Shown piece by piece: positions 36,656 through 46,438 of a DNA stretch of 64,000 nt. The notes under the pieces were generated by a model, which searched no databases, was not told the DNA's origin, and saw nothing but the letters and a program-made list of their open reading frames with translations. Origin of the DNA: Lachnospiraceae bacterium. Lineage in GTDB: Bacteria; Bacillota; Clostridia; Lachnospirales; Lachnospiraceae. A program made the position numbers and the translations under genes. Within the stretch, counting starts at the first letter, position 1. The number at the start of each line of letters is the position of its first letter. The DNA lies in assembly GCA_009780115.1 (NCBI GenBank), contig WRAQ01000011.1, forward strand, positions 3,586 to 67,585. The letters are read 5' to 3'.

Positions 36656-39600
36656 TTACCCGATTAACTTATGCAAACTCTGTAAGGAATTAACCTCACC
36701 TGCCCCATTTTCTTTCATATAAAGGATTCCTTGAATTGCAGCAGCGGCAGCGGCGATACTAGTCATATAAGGAATTTTGGCTTTAATCGCGGCTTTGCGG
36801 AGATAGCTGTCATCCTGGGTTGAATCTTTGTCGGCGGGGGTATTGACAACAACATCGATTTCACCGTTGGTAATCATATCAAGGATATTAGGGCGGCCTT
36901 CGTAAAGTTTATTCACTTGGGTAGAAGCAATACCGGCTTCCTGGATTGCCCGGTGGGTATTGCCGGTCGCAAGAATCTGGAAACCGGCGGCGGCAAAATT
37001 CCGGGCAACGGAAATTGCAGCTTCCCGGTCGCGGCGGTTGACGGTGATAAGGACTGTACCGGAGAGGGGCAGGGCCGAACCGGCAGCTTCCTGGGCCCGG
37101 CAAAAAGCTTCGCCGTCAGAAGCCGAGATACCAAGCACCTCGCCGGTTGAACGCATTTCCGGGCCGAGGATTGGATCGACTTCATGGAACATATTGAAAG
37201 GGAAAACCGATTCTTTGACCCCGTAATAGGGCAATTCGGTATTTTTAAGCTGCGGGACCGGAGACGGGTTGCCGGTGATTTCGGAAGTAATGATATCAAT
37301 TGCCAGCGGGACCATCCGGATATTGCAAACTTTTGAGACCAGCGGCACAGTCCGGGAAGCACGGGGGTTCGCTTCAAGGACGTATACGGTATCATTTTCA
37401 ATTGCATACTGGATATTCATTAAGCCTTTAACATGCATTTCTTCGGCTATTTTGCGGGTATAGCTACGGATTTTTTCAACATTTTCCGCGGAAATATGGC
37501 GGGAGGGAATGATACAGGCAGAGTCACCGGAGTGAACACCGGCAAGCTCAATATGTTCCATTACTGCCGGTACAAAAGCCAAAGTGCCGTCGCTGATTGC
37601 ATCAGCTTCGCATTCGAGGGCATGATTCAGGAAACGGTCAATCAGAATCGGCCGGTCAGGGGTCACGCCAACGGCGGCTTTCATATATCCTTCCATACTT
37701 TTATCATCATAAACAACTTCCATACCCCGGCCGCCTAAAACATAAGAAGGGCGGACCATCACGGGATAGCCAATTTCTTTGGCAATAGCAACCGCTTCAG
37801 AGACGGTGGTCGCCATTCCTGATTCCGGCATCGGGATTTCAAGTTTTTCCATCATTTCTTTAAAGAGGTCGCGGTCTTCGGCCATATCAATAACTGACGG
37901 TTGTGTCCCTAAGATTTTCACTCCGTTTTTCTCTAATTCGGAAGCTAAATTAAGTGGGGTCTGGCCGCCGAACTGGGCGATGACACCGAGTGGTTTTTCT
38001 TTGTCATAAATACTTAAGACATCTTCCAGGGTCAGAGGTTCAAAGTAAAGTTTGTCCGAGGTATCATAGTCGGTCGAAACAGTTTCCGGATTGCAGTTGA
38101 CGATGATAGTTTCAAAACCAAGCTTTCTAAGCGCAAGTGAAGCATGGACACAGCAGTAGTCAAACTCGATGCCCTGGCCGATACGGTTGGGGCCGCCGCC
38201 AAGAATCATAATTTTGCCTTTGCTTGCGGGGGTGCCGGAATTATCATTTATGACACTGGTGTCATTTTTGTCAATGCCGTTATAAGTTGAATAATAGTAA
38301 ACGCGGTCTTCGGTGCTGCTGACATGGATGGTATCCCAAGTTTCGGTGATACCAAGGGCCAGACGGCGTTCCCTGATTTGGCTTTCCGGTAATTGCAAGA
38401 GGGTGCTTAAATATTTATCTGAAAACCCGTCTTTTTTGGCGGTACGCAGTACTTCATCAGCGGGCAGGTTGCCGGCACAAGCCTTGAGGTCTTTTTCCAG
38501 AGCAACTAATTCTTGCATTTGCTCGATGAAATATGGCTTTACATAGGTGCGGTCGTGTATTTCCGCGTTTGTAGCACCCTTGCATAACGCTTCATACATA
38601 ATAAAATGGCGTTCGCTTGATGGGACAGTGAGCATTTTGAGCAGTTCATCTTTGCTTAAATCAGCAAAAATATTGATGTTTCCAAGACCATAACGGCCGG
38701 TTTCTAAGCTGCGGATTGCTTTGTGGAAAGCTTCTTTATAATTTTTACCAACGCTCATTACCTCGCCGACGGCACGCATTTGGGTACCAAGCTTGTCCTC
38801 GACACCTTTGAACTTTTCAAATGCCCAGCGGGCAAATTTGATAACGACATAATCGCTGTTCGGTACATATTTGTCCAAACTACCATGTTTGCCGCAAGGG
38901 ATTTCGCTAAGGGTAAGGCCGCAGGCAAGCATTGCGCTGACTAAAGCAATCGGGAAACCGGTTGCTTTGGAAGCAAGGGCCGAAGAGCGGGATGTACGGG
39001 GATTTATTTCAATAACGATAATCCGGTCACTAACCGGGTCATGGGCATATTGGACATTACAGCCGCCGATGACGTTAACCGATTCAACGATTTTGTAAGC
39101 TTGTTCTTGTAATCTTTTTTGGCAATCCTTGGAGATGGTGAGCATTGGGGCGGAACAGAATGAGTCTCCGGTATGTACGCCGAGAGGGTCGATATTTTCG
39201 ATAAAGCAGACGGTAATCATATGATTAGAAGAGTCACGGACGATTTCAAGTTCCAATTCTTCCCAGCCGAGGATTGATTCTTCCACCAGGACTTGATTGA
39301 TACGGCTGGCACGGATGCCGCGGGCGCAAACGACTTCAAGCTCTTCCTTATTGTACACCAAACCTCCGCCGGCACCACCCATCGTATAAGCCGGCCTGAT
39401 AACAACGGGATAACCCAGGTTATCGGCGATTTTCAGGGCTTCATCAACCGTATATGCGACTTCGGAGCGGGCCATTTCAATTCCGAGGGCATCCATTGCT
39501 TGTTTAAAGATAATCCGGTCTTCACCACGTTCGATGGCATCAACTTGTATACCGATGACTTTGACGTTGTACTTTTCTAAAATGCCGGCTTTGTCAAGCT

Positions 39601-39901
39601 CGGAGCAAAGATTAAGGCCGGATTGGCCGCCGAGGTTCGGCAGCAGGGCATCGGGACGTTCTTTGGCGATAATTTGTTCGAGGCGGCTGACATTCAAAGG
39701 TTCAATATAGGTGGCATCAGCGGTTTCGGGGTCGGTCATGATGGTGGCCGGGTTGGAATTGACTAAGACGATTTCGTATCCGAGGTTCTTTAGTGCCTTA
39801 CAGGCTTGAGTGCCGGAATAGTCGAATTCGCAGGCTTGTCCGATGACGATTGGACCAGAGCCGATAATTAGTATCTTGTTAATGTCGGTTCTACGTGGCA
39901 T
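36656..39901 (-). CDS. carB: Carbamoyl-phosphate synthase large subunit
   Basis: GGAGG lies 7 nt before ATG 39901. N-terminus MPRRTDINKILIIGSGPIVIGQACEFDYSG. Duplicated ATP-grasp halves and an MGS-like C-terminus. About 1081 aa. Confidence 0.95.
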   Translation of the reverse strand: MPRRTDINKILIIGSGPIVIGQACEFDYSGTQACKALKNLGYEIVLVNSNPATIMTDPETADATYIEPLNVSRLEQIIAKERPDALLPNLGGQSGLNLCSELDKAGILEKYNVKVIGIQVDAIERGEDRIIFKQAMDALGIEMARSEVAYTVDEALKIADNLGYPVVIRPAYTMGGAGGGLVYNKEELEVVCARGIRASRINQVLVEESILGWEELELEIVRDSSNHMITVCFIENIDPLGVHTGDSFCSAPMLTISKDCQKRLQEQAYKIVESVNVIGGCNVQYAHDPVSDRIIVIEINPRTSRSSALASKATGFPIALVSAMLACGLTLSEIPCGKHGSLDKYVPNSDYVVIKFARWAFEKFKGVEDKLGTQMRAVGEVMSVGKNYKEAFHKAIRSLETGRYGLGNINIFADLSKDELLKMLTVPSSERHFIMYEALCKGATNAEIHDRTYVKPYFIEQMQELVALEKDLKACAGNLPADEVLRTAKKDGFSDKYLSTLLQLPESQIRERRLALGITETWDTIHVSSTEDRVYYYSTYNGIDKNDTSVINDNSGTPASKGKIMILGGGPNRIGQGIEFDYCCVHASLALRKLGFETIIVNCNPETVSTDYDTSDKLYFEPLTLEDVLSIYDKEKPLGVIAQFGGQTPLNLASELEKNGVKILGTQPSVIDMAEDRDLFKEMMEKLEIPMPESGMATTVSEAVAIAKEIGYPVMVRPSYVLGGRGMEVVYDDKSMEGYMKAAVGVTPDRPILIDRFLNHALECEADAISDGTLAFVPAVMEHIELAGVHSGDSACIIPSRHISAENVEKIRSYTRKIAEEMHVKGLMNIQYAIENDTVYVLEANPRASRTVPLVSKVCNIRMVPLAIDIITSEITGNPSPVPQLKNTELPYYGVKESVFPFNMFHEVDPILGPEMRSTGEVLGISASDGEAFCRAQEAAGSALPLSGTVLITVNRRDREAAISVARNFAAAGFQILATGNTHRAIQEAGIASTQVNKLYEGRPNILDMITNGEIDVVVNTPADKDSTQDDSYLRKAAIKAKIPYMTSIAAAAAAIQGILYMKENGAGEVNSLQSLHKLIG

Positions 39902-39948
39902 TTTTTTTCCTCCAAATTTTTTTCTTTTATTATAATAAGGCAAAAACT

Positions 39949-40689
39949 TTAAAAATGCAATCGTTTTCTTAAATCATCGCGCAAGCGCCGGCGTGAAAGC
40001 ACCGTAATCAGCCCGGCATCAATTACTGCGCAAGCCGTAAGTACTACCGCTGACCATAAAGGCATTAGCTCATTTCCAAGATAACGGTTAATTAACAGTT
40101 CTATGCCGATACATAGCACGGCAATAGCCGTAATAATATAAAGTGCGGTGGTAAGCAAATTTGCTTTAAAGAAGCGGATAAGCCAGACTAATACGATGAT
40201 AATAAAAGTAAGTAAGCATAAAAGCGGCAGGGCAAGGCCTAAAAACCATTCGCTTTTAGGGGTAAATAAAGAAATGAAAAATAAATATAACCCCGCTGTC
40301 GCCCCATTAAATAACAGACGGATGTATACCGGCGTTTTTGTCAAAATAAAAGCCGGAAGGGCTAGGAAAAATAAAATCACACATAAACCAATGATTAACA
40401 GTGACCACCAATAATCACGAAAAACAAAAAGGTTTAATAAAAAGGCGGCAATAGCAACACCGCCAAGGATAATCGAGATTAACAAGCCAATATCGCGTTT
40501 GATGACTTCTTCGACGGTGCCGGCTTTGTTAGGGAAAGTATCAGTTTCGGCAGTATGTGTACCACCGCAGATGGCGGCAGCAATTAATTTGGGGTCAATC
40601 AGCGCCGGGTTAACGACGATAATATCACAAAGCGGACATTTAACTAAAGCTTCATCAAGCTTTACCCCGCAATTCACACAGTAAGACAT
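39949..40689 (-). CDS. Zinc-ribbon membrane protein (about 6 TM helices)
   Basis: N-terminal CxxC-x12-CxxC (CVNCGVKLDEALVKCPLCD) followed by hydrophobic helices. Confidence 0.55.
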   Translation of the reverse strand: MSYCVNCGVKLDEALVKCPLCDIIVVNPALIDPKLIAAAICGGTHTAETDTFPNKAGTVEEVIKRDIGLLISIILGGVAIAAFLLNLFVFRDYWWSLLIIGLCVILFFLALPAFILTKTPVYIRLLFNGATAGLYLFFISLFTPKSEWFLGLALPLLCLLTFIIIVLVWLIRFFKANLLTTALYIITAIAVLCIGIELLINRYLGNELMPLWSAVVLTACAVIDAGLITVLSRRRLRDDLRKRLHF

Positions 40690-40742
40690 AAATACTCCTT
40701 CATGATTTCAATGACTTTGAAGAATGGCGGTTTTAAGCCATT

Positions 40743-42080
40743 CTACTTTCGGTTACTCTCAATCAGGACCGGGATTCCATCCTGAACTAATTTTTGAAAA
40801 AAATAACGTTCTACATCAGCTTCACGGATACTGCTGGTAAAATTGATTGTCAGCTTGTCACCAAAACTGACGATCGCACAGTTAGTCCGCGAAGAAAAGG
40901 GCTGCCCCATATAAATATCAACCCGCTTAATATGAGCCTCCATATCGGCGGGAAATTTTATCACCCCCATATTCGAAAGCCCGGCAGAAGAATAATGGTC
41001 CTGCACCCTGGTATAAAAAGAACGGACAACAAAGTCTTTGATAAATAACGGGACAACACGGATAACCGGGTGGCGCTGGGTTGCGGCATTAGTTGTGATA
41101 TCACCGCGCAGGAATTTTTCATTAATATAATAACGCATATAATGATGAACATGATTAACGATTTCCTCAAAGGAAAAATCGCCGAACCTTGGGTCGATAC
41201 TTGGGTAAACCATCGAGATAAAATTCCGGAGTGTCTCGGAAGGGAAAAAACGCCGCAGATTCACCGGCATTGCAATACGTACCGGTTTAAGGCGCCGGGG
41301 CGCTTCGCTATATTGCTTCTGCAAAAGGGCATATAATAAAACGGCATTTAGATATTCGGTGATAGATGCCTTGAATTTCGCTGCCGCCGCCTGTACTTCT
41401 TTGACCGGCATAATACCATCGATAATATTTAAAGTATAAAATGGCTCTTTTGTCCCCCAGATACGATAAGTTTTGTCCATTGCGCGGGGCGGCCGGACTT
41501 GGGCATTGGCATATTTCATATAAGCATCTTCAAGCTCGCCTGAATCTGGCGTAGCATTGATATCGCGGACATATCCGCCGTCACTGATTTCATATCCTTG
41601 CAACCGAAGGTAAACCGCTACCACCGTTGCAAGCACACACATCCCGCCCGCGCCGTCACCAAGGCAATGGTGGGCTTCCATTGATATCCGGCAGTTATGA
41701 TAATAAAAACGAAGCAAATAACGATTATTTGCTTTAAAAGGCATCGGCATACAGGGGTTATTGATATCTTCCCGGACAAATGGGCCGGGGCGGTAGTTTG
41801 GTTCGAGGTAACGCCAAAATAAACCACGCCGAATCGCGGTTTTGTATGTCGGAAAGCGGGGCAGCGCCATATCAACTGCCTGTTGCATAAGGTCGGGTTT
41901 GATTGGTTCGGTGAGGATTAGCGATTGACGGTAGACTGATGAAAAATCCTTACGTTGCAAGGTGGGATAAACAATTGCTGATAAATCTAATTTGTACCAA
42001 ATTTTTTTGTCATTGATAATAAAATCGTTGATAACTTTTTCATTTTGAATCGCTTTTGTAGATTTTCGTTTCATTTTCAT
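40743..42080 (-). CDS. HHxxxDG acyltransferase (condensation / WS-DGAT / alcohol-acetyltransferase-like superfamily)
   Basis: Catalytic motif HHCLGDG within MEAHHCLGDGAGG. About 445 aa. Confidence 0.55.
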   Translation of the reverse strand: MKMKRKSTKAIQNEKVINDFIINDKKIWYKLDLSAIVYPTLQRKDFSSVYRQSLILTEPIKPDLMQQAVDMALPRFPTYKTAIRRGLFWRYLEPNYRPGPFVREDINNPCMPMPFKANNRYLLRFYYHNCRISMEAHHCLGDGAGGMCVLATVVAVYLRLQGYEISDGGYVRDINATPDSGELEDAYMKYANAQVRPPRAMDKTYRIWGTKEPFYTLNIIDGIMPVKEVQAAAAKFKASITEYLNAVLLYALLQKQYSEAPRRLKPVRIAMPVNLRRFFPSETLRNFISMVYPSIDPRFGDFSFEEIVNHVHHYMRYYINEKFLRGDITTNAATQRHPVIRVVPLFIKDFVVRSFYTRVQDHYSSAGLSNMGVIKFPADMEAHIKRVDIYMGQPFSSRTNCAIVSFGDKLTINFTSSIREADVERYFFQKLVQDGIPVLIESNRK

Positions 42081-42187
42081 AGTATATCATGATTTCTAAG
42101 AAATCATGCCCTTCGGCGGATGCGCACTAAAACTGCGCTGATATAATGTCTTAGCGACATTATATCATGATTACTGAATAATTACCA

Positions 42188-42216
42188 TTGACTTGGAAAA
42201 AATTATTGCTTACTAT
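42188..42216 (+). promoter_or_regulatory. Candidate sigma-A promoter for the esterase gene
   Basis: TTGACT (42188-42193), a 17-nt spacer, then TACTAT (42211-42216). Upstream lie the palindrome CATGATTTCT-a-AGAAATCATG (42088-42108) and hairpin GATATAATGTC-ttagc-GACATTATATC. Confidence 0.4.
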
Positions 42217-42254
42217 GGTTTATGAGATATTTTTCACTGGTAAAAAGGTAAATT

Positions 42255-43172
42255 ATGGCCATTTTAGACAAGAAAAATAAATGGGAAACCCGTAACCAAA
42301 ACTTAATGGCTTTGGTTAAAAGAGTACATGACCGGATTGAAAACAACGATATTGAACGTCACCGCTTATCCCAGGACAAATTTGGCGAGGTATTCGGGAT
42401 TAACCGTGAGGTCAAAATAACACCTGTTATGATTGATGGGATGCCCGCCGAGTGGGTCAGTGCCAACCGGCCTCACATGAAAAAAACCGTGATTTTGTAT
42501 TGTCACGGCGGTGGTTATGCGACCGGAAGTTGTATTTATGCCCGTACTTTGACAACGAAACTTGCTGCTTCGACTTCAATGGATGTATTGTGTTTTGATT
42601 ACCGCCTTTCTCCAGAGCATCCTTATCCGGCGGCTCATGAAGATGCGCTTAAGGCCTGGGATTACCTGATGTTGCTGGGATATGGGGCGAATGAGGTGAT
42701 GATTGCCGGTGATTCAGCCGGGGGAAACCTTGCTTTGTCATTGACTTTGCGCCTTAAAGAAACGAAACGTTTTCTTCCGCGCGGATTGGTACTGATGTCG
42801 CCGTGGACCGATATGACGATGTCGGGGAAAAGTTATGAAACCCGGGCGGCGATTGACCCGATTTTGAGCAAAGATTACATAAAAAATGCCATTTCCGCTT
42901 ATGTCCAGAATAATGAAAAGCTTAATGACCCTTATATTTCCCCATTGTTTGGCGACTTTACCAATTTTCCCCCGACTTATATTCAGGTCGGCGACAATGA
43001 AATTTTCCTAAGTGATGCTACTGCTTTATATAAGAAACTTCTGAAAGCAGGGGTCCATGCGAAACTTAATATCCAAAAAGGTATGTGGCATGTTTATCAG
43101 ATGTCACCATTTAAAGCGGCTTACGAGGCAATGGAACGGAATGCGGAGTTTATATTCGGGATATGCCGTTAG
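42255..43172 (+). CDS. Alpha/beta-hydrolase esterase/lipase (hormone-sensitive-lipase-like family)
   Basis: Oxyanion motif HGGGY and nucleophile elbow GDSAGGNLA. Confidence 0.8.
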   Translation: MAILDKKNKWETRNQNLMALVKRVHDRIENNDIERHRLSQDKFGEVFGINREVKITPVMIDGMPAEWVSANRPHMKKTVILYCHGGGYATGSCIYARTLTTKLAASTSMDVLCFDYRLSPEHPYPAAHEDALKAWDYLMLLGYGANEVMIAGDSAGGNLALSLTLRLKETKRFLPRGLVLMSPWTDMTMSGKSYETRAAIDPILSKDYIKNAISAYVQNNEKLNDPYISPLFGDFTNFPPTYIQVGDNEIFLSDATALYKKLLKAGVHAKLNIQKGMWHVYQMSPFKAAYEAMERNAEFIFGICR

Positions 43173-43189
43173 TTGGTAAGAAAAATAAA

Positions 43190-43273
43190 GATATCTCGCA
43201 GAAACCTTAGGCCGCCTTCTCCCGGGATAAAATGTGAATTAGAAGCAATTAGGCCGCAGAGACGGAGAGATAC
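43190..43273 (+). repeat. Family-A intergenic repeat, copy 1 (leader of the dGTPase-like gene)
   Basis: GATATCTCGCAGAAACCTTAGGCCGCCTTCTCCCGGGATAAAATGTGAATTAGAAGCAATTAGGCCGCAGAGACGGAGAGATAC. Confidence 0.65.
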
Positions 43274-43303
43274 TTTATTTTCCTTATGAAATAGAGGATA
43301 TAC

Positions 43304-44308
43304 ATGAATATTCGTGAAGATTTGGAACGCCGGGAACGGGAAACACTTAGCCCATATGCTGCTTTTAGTGCGGAAACCAAAGGCCGGGAACGGGAAGAAG
43401 AAAGATGTGATATCCGCCTGGATTATCAGCGTGACCGTGACCGGATTTTGCATAGCAAATCCTTTCGCCGTTTGAAAGACAAAACCCAAGTTTTTTTGAC
43501 TCCCGAAGGCGCCCATTACCGTACCCGCCTTACTCATACCCTGGAAGTGGCGCAAAATGCCCGCACGATTGCCCGCGCTCTGCGCCTTAATGAAGAATTG
43601 ACCGAAGCGATTGCCTTAGGCCATGACTTGGGGCATACTCCTTTTGGCCATGCCGGTGAACGCGCCCTTGAACGGGTCTGCCCGTTTGGGTTTTCCCATA
43701 GCGAGCAGAGTGTCCGGACGGTGGAAAAACTTGAAAAAGCCGGAATCGGCTTAAATCTCACTTATGAAGTTCGTGACGGTATCAAAAATCACCAGACCAT
43801 TGGCGAGCCGCAGACCCTCGAAGCCAAAATCGTCCGTTTTTCGGATAAAATCGCCTATATGCACCATGATATGGACGATGCGGTCCGCGCCGGTATTTTA
43901 TGCGAAAGCGATATACCGCATGAAATCAGCGATATCGCGGGTGAAAATACGGGTGAAAGGCTGGATTTTTTTATCCATGACTTGATTTCCGAAAGTTATG
44001 AAAGTGATAATATATGGCTTTCGGAGACTGCCGGGGCTACTATGACAAAACTGCGCGACTTTATGTTTGAACGCGTTTATCAAAATATCGAAGCGAAAAG
44101 CGAAGAAAAAAAAGCGGAAGCAATGATGGAAACACTTTATAATTACTATTTCAAGAACATTGATGAAGTTCCCGCCGATCTTCTAAAGCGCTTGGATTTA
44201 GGTGATAGCAAGGAGCAGATTGTTTGTGATTATTTGAGTATGATGACCGACCGTTTCGCGATTGCACAATATGAGGAGCGGTTCGTACCGAAATCGTGGA
44301 TAGTGTAA
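43304..44308 (+). CDS. dGTPase-like HD-domain triphosphohydrolase
   Basis: YQRDRDRILHS, FRRLKDKTQVF, THTLEV, GHDLGHTPFGH and DKIAYMHHDMDD. Confidence 0.85.
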   Translation: MNIREDLERRERETLSPYAAFSAETKGREREEERCDIRLDYQRDRDRILHSKSFRRLKDKTQVFLTPEGAHYRTRLTHTLEVAQNARTIARALRLNEELTEAIALGHDLGHTPFGHAGERALERVCPFGFSHSEQSVRTVEKLEKAGIGLNLTYEVRDGIKNHQTIGEPQTLEAKIVRFSDKIAYMHHDMDDAVRAGILCESDIPHEISDIAGENTGERLDFFIHDLISESYESDNIWLSETAGATMTKLRDFMFERVYQNIEAKSEEKKAEAMMETLYNYYFKNIDEVPADLLKRLDLGDSKEQIVCDYLSMMTDRFAIAQYEERFVPKSWIV

Positions 44309-44314
44309 AAGGTA

Positions 44315-44425
44315 GATAATGTATCTCAAAATCAAACTTTGTTTGATTGGGAACCATTAGGTCGCCTTCTTCCCGAGAGAAAATGTAAATTAGAACCAAT
44401 TAGGCCGTAGGATGGAGAGATATTT
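44315..44425 (+). repeat. Family-A intergenic repeat, copy 2 (leader of dnaG)
   Basis: ...GGAACCATTAGGTCGCCTTCTTCCCGAGAGAAAATGTAAATTAGAACCAATTAGGCCGTAGGATGGAGAGATAT. Highly similar by eye to copy 1, plus an extra hairpin ATCAAAC-ttt-GTTTGAT. Confidence 0.65.
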
Positions 44426-44453
44426 TATCTGTCTTGTGATAGAAGGAATTATT

Positions 44454-46226
44454 ATGTACTATTCCGACCATTTAATCGAAGAAGTACGCACAAAAAACGA
44501 TATCGTTGACGTAATCGGAGGATATTTAAGGATAGCGAAAAAAGGTTCAAGCTACTTTGGCCTTTGCCCCTTTCACAACGAAAAATCCCCTTCGTTTTCG
44601 GTTTCCTTACACCGCCAAATGTACTATTGTTTTGGCTGCGGAGCCGGGGGTAATGTTTTTACTTTTATCATGGAGTATGAAAACTTTTCCTTCCCCGAGG
44701 CGGTAAAACTCTTAGCCGACAAAGCCGGAGTCACCCTGCCCGAGGTAGAATATTCCGAGGAAGTCCGCAAAAAAGAAAATAAGCGGATGAAACTTTTAGA
44801 AGTAAATAAGGAAGCGGCCAAATATTTTTATTATCAATTGCGGACCGAACGGGGAAGAAATGCCCATAATTACTTATTAAACCGTAACTTAACCGAAGAA
44901 ACGATGCAAAATTTCGGACTTGGTTATGCCAATAAAAATAATGATGATTTAACTCTTTACCTAAAAAACAAAGGTTATGATGAAAACCTTGTCCGGGAAG
45001 CCGGGCTGGCATCATTTCATGAGAAGCATGGGACAAGTGACAAGTTTTGGAACCGCGTTATGTTTCCCATTCAGGACCTTAATCACCGCGTTATTGGTTT
45101 TGGCGGCCGGGTGATGGGCGAAGGTGAGCCTAAATACCTTAACTCACCGGAAACAATGGTTTTTGACAAAAGCCGGAACCTGTACGGCCTCAATTTTGCC
45201 CGTACTTCCCGAAAAAATCATATCATTCTTTGTGAGGGTTATCTCGATGTTATCGCCCTCAACCAGGCCGGTTTTACCCAGGCGGCAGCCTCACTTGGAA
45301 CTGCTTTTACTGCCGGACAGGCCAATTTGCTCCGGCGTTATACTGAAGAAGTGATTTTGGCTTATGACAGTGATGCCGCCGGTGAAAAAGCAATCCTTAG
45401 GGCGATTACGATTTTGAAGGAATGCGGCCTGACCGGGCGGGTTTTGAATCTCGCCCCATACAAGGATCCTGATGATTTTGTCAATAATCTGGGAAGTGAA
45501 GAGTTTGAAAAACGTATTAACGAAGCGCAAAACAGCTTTTTTTACGAAATATCGGTCTTGGAAAAAGGTTATAGCCTTAATGACCCGGAGCAAAAGACCC
45601 GTTTCCACCGCGAAATAGCGAAAAAATTATGCACTTTTTCCGAGGAAGTTGAGCGTGACAATTATCTTGAAGCGGTTTGTGAAAAATACCATATCGGGTT
45701 TGAAAATTTGCGCAAATTGGTCTTAAGTTATGCTTCACAGACCGGTTTAGCAAAGCCGGTATCCCGGCCAAAGTCGGGGCTTACGAGCAAGCTTTCACCG
45801 GACGACCATGCAAAGAAAGCCGAGCGCTTACTGCTTACCTGGCTATCGGAAGAACCGGCCCTTTACGGGCAAGTCAAAAAATATTTGGCCGCAACGGATT
45901 TTTCGACGGAGCTTTATCAAAAAGTAGCTAAAAGACTGTTTACCGATATCGAAAAAGGTGAAGCAGAGCCGGCAGCGCTGATTAGTCTTTTTACTGATGA
46001 AGAAGAACAACGGGAGGTTGCTTCATTATTTAACACCCGCCTTGGTTCGCTTGAAACAAAAGCGGAACAGGAAAAAGCATTTAATGATATTGTCCGGACA
46101 GTCAAAAAAAATAGTTATGCGAGTATAACCGCAAGCCTTGGAAGTGATGTGCAGGCAATTACTCAAGCACTTGAAGGCCGCAAATTATTGGATGAATTGC
46201 TAAAAATGAATATTAAATTGCCATAA
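44454..46226 (+). CDS. dnaG: DNA primase
   Basis: Zinc finger CPFHNEKSPSFSV...CFGCGAGG. TOPRIM motifs (EGYLDV, DSDAAG). RBS GAAGGA before ATG 44454. Confidence 0.95.
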   Translation: MYYSDHLIEEVRTKNDIVDVIGGYLRIAKKGSSYFGLCPFHNEKSPSFSVSLHRQMYYCFGCGAGGNVFTFIMEYENFSFPEAVKLLADKAGVTLPEVEYSEEVRKKENKRMKLLEVNKEAAKYFYYQLRTERGRNAHNYLLNRNLTEETMQNFGLGYANKNNDDLTLYLKNKGYDENLVREAGLASFHEKHGTSDKFWNRVMFPIQDLNHRVIGFGGRVMGEGEPKYLNSPETMVFDKSRNLYGLNFARTSRKNHIILCEGYLDVIALNQAGFTQAAASLGTAFTAGQANLLRRYTEEVILAYDSDAAGEKAILRAITILKECGLTGRVLNLAPYKDPDDFVNNLGSEEFEKRINEAQNSFFYEISVLEKGYSLNDPEQKTRFHREIAKKLCTFSEEVERDNYLEAVCEKYHIGFENLRKLVLSYASQTGLAKPVSRPKSGLTSKLSPDDHAKKAERLLLTWLSEEPALYGQVKKYLAATDFSTELYQKVAKRLFTDIEKGEAEPAALISLFTDEEEQREVASLFNTRLGSLETKAEQEKAFNDIVRTVKKNSYASITASLGSDVQAITQALEGRKLLDELLKMNIKLP

Positions 46227-46438
46227 TTGGGCAAAATATGGTACCAGGGTCAAAAGGTCATGTATTTCATGCTTGTATGAAAAGACATGACATTGAGACC
46301 CGCAAAATACGAGGAAGAAGCCCGATTAGGGTGGATTCCGAGTATTTTTAGGACTGTGAGAGCACGAAGTGCGGAGCAGTCCGTAGGTATCTGGGTCAAT
46401 CCCTAACTATACAAAAGTCATGAGGAAGGATATTTACG

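Noticed and set aside
36909-39580. More than a dozen 60-164-aa ORFs on both strands inside carB, for example 36913-37407 (minus) and 37433-37738 (plus).
   Set aside because: They overlap a full-length, strongly conserved carB frame and have no RBS. They translate to low-complexity Pro/Arg/Ser-rich strings typical of off-frame reading of a G/C-richer gene.
43169-43555. 128-aa minus-strand ORF spanning the family-A repeat and the 5' end of the dGTPase-like gene.
   Set aside because: It overlaps a well-supported plus-strand gene and a non-coding repeat. It has no RBS and no recognisable motifs.
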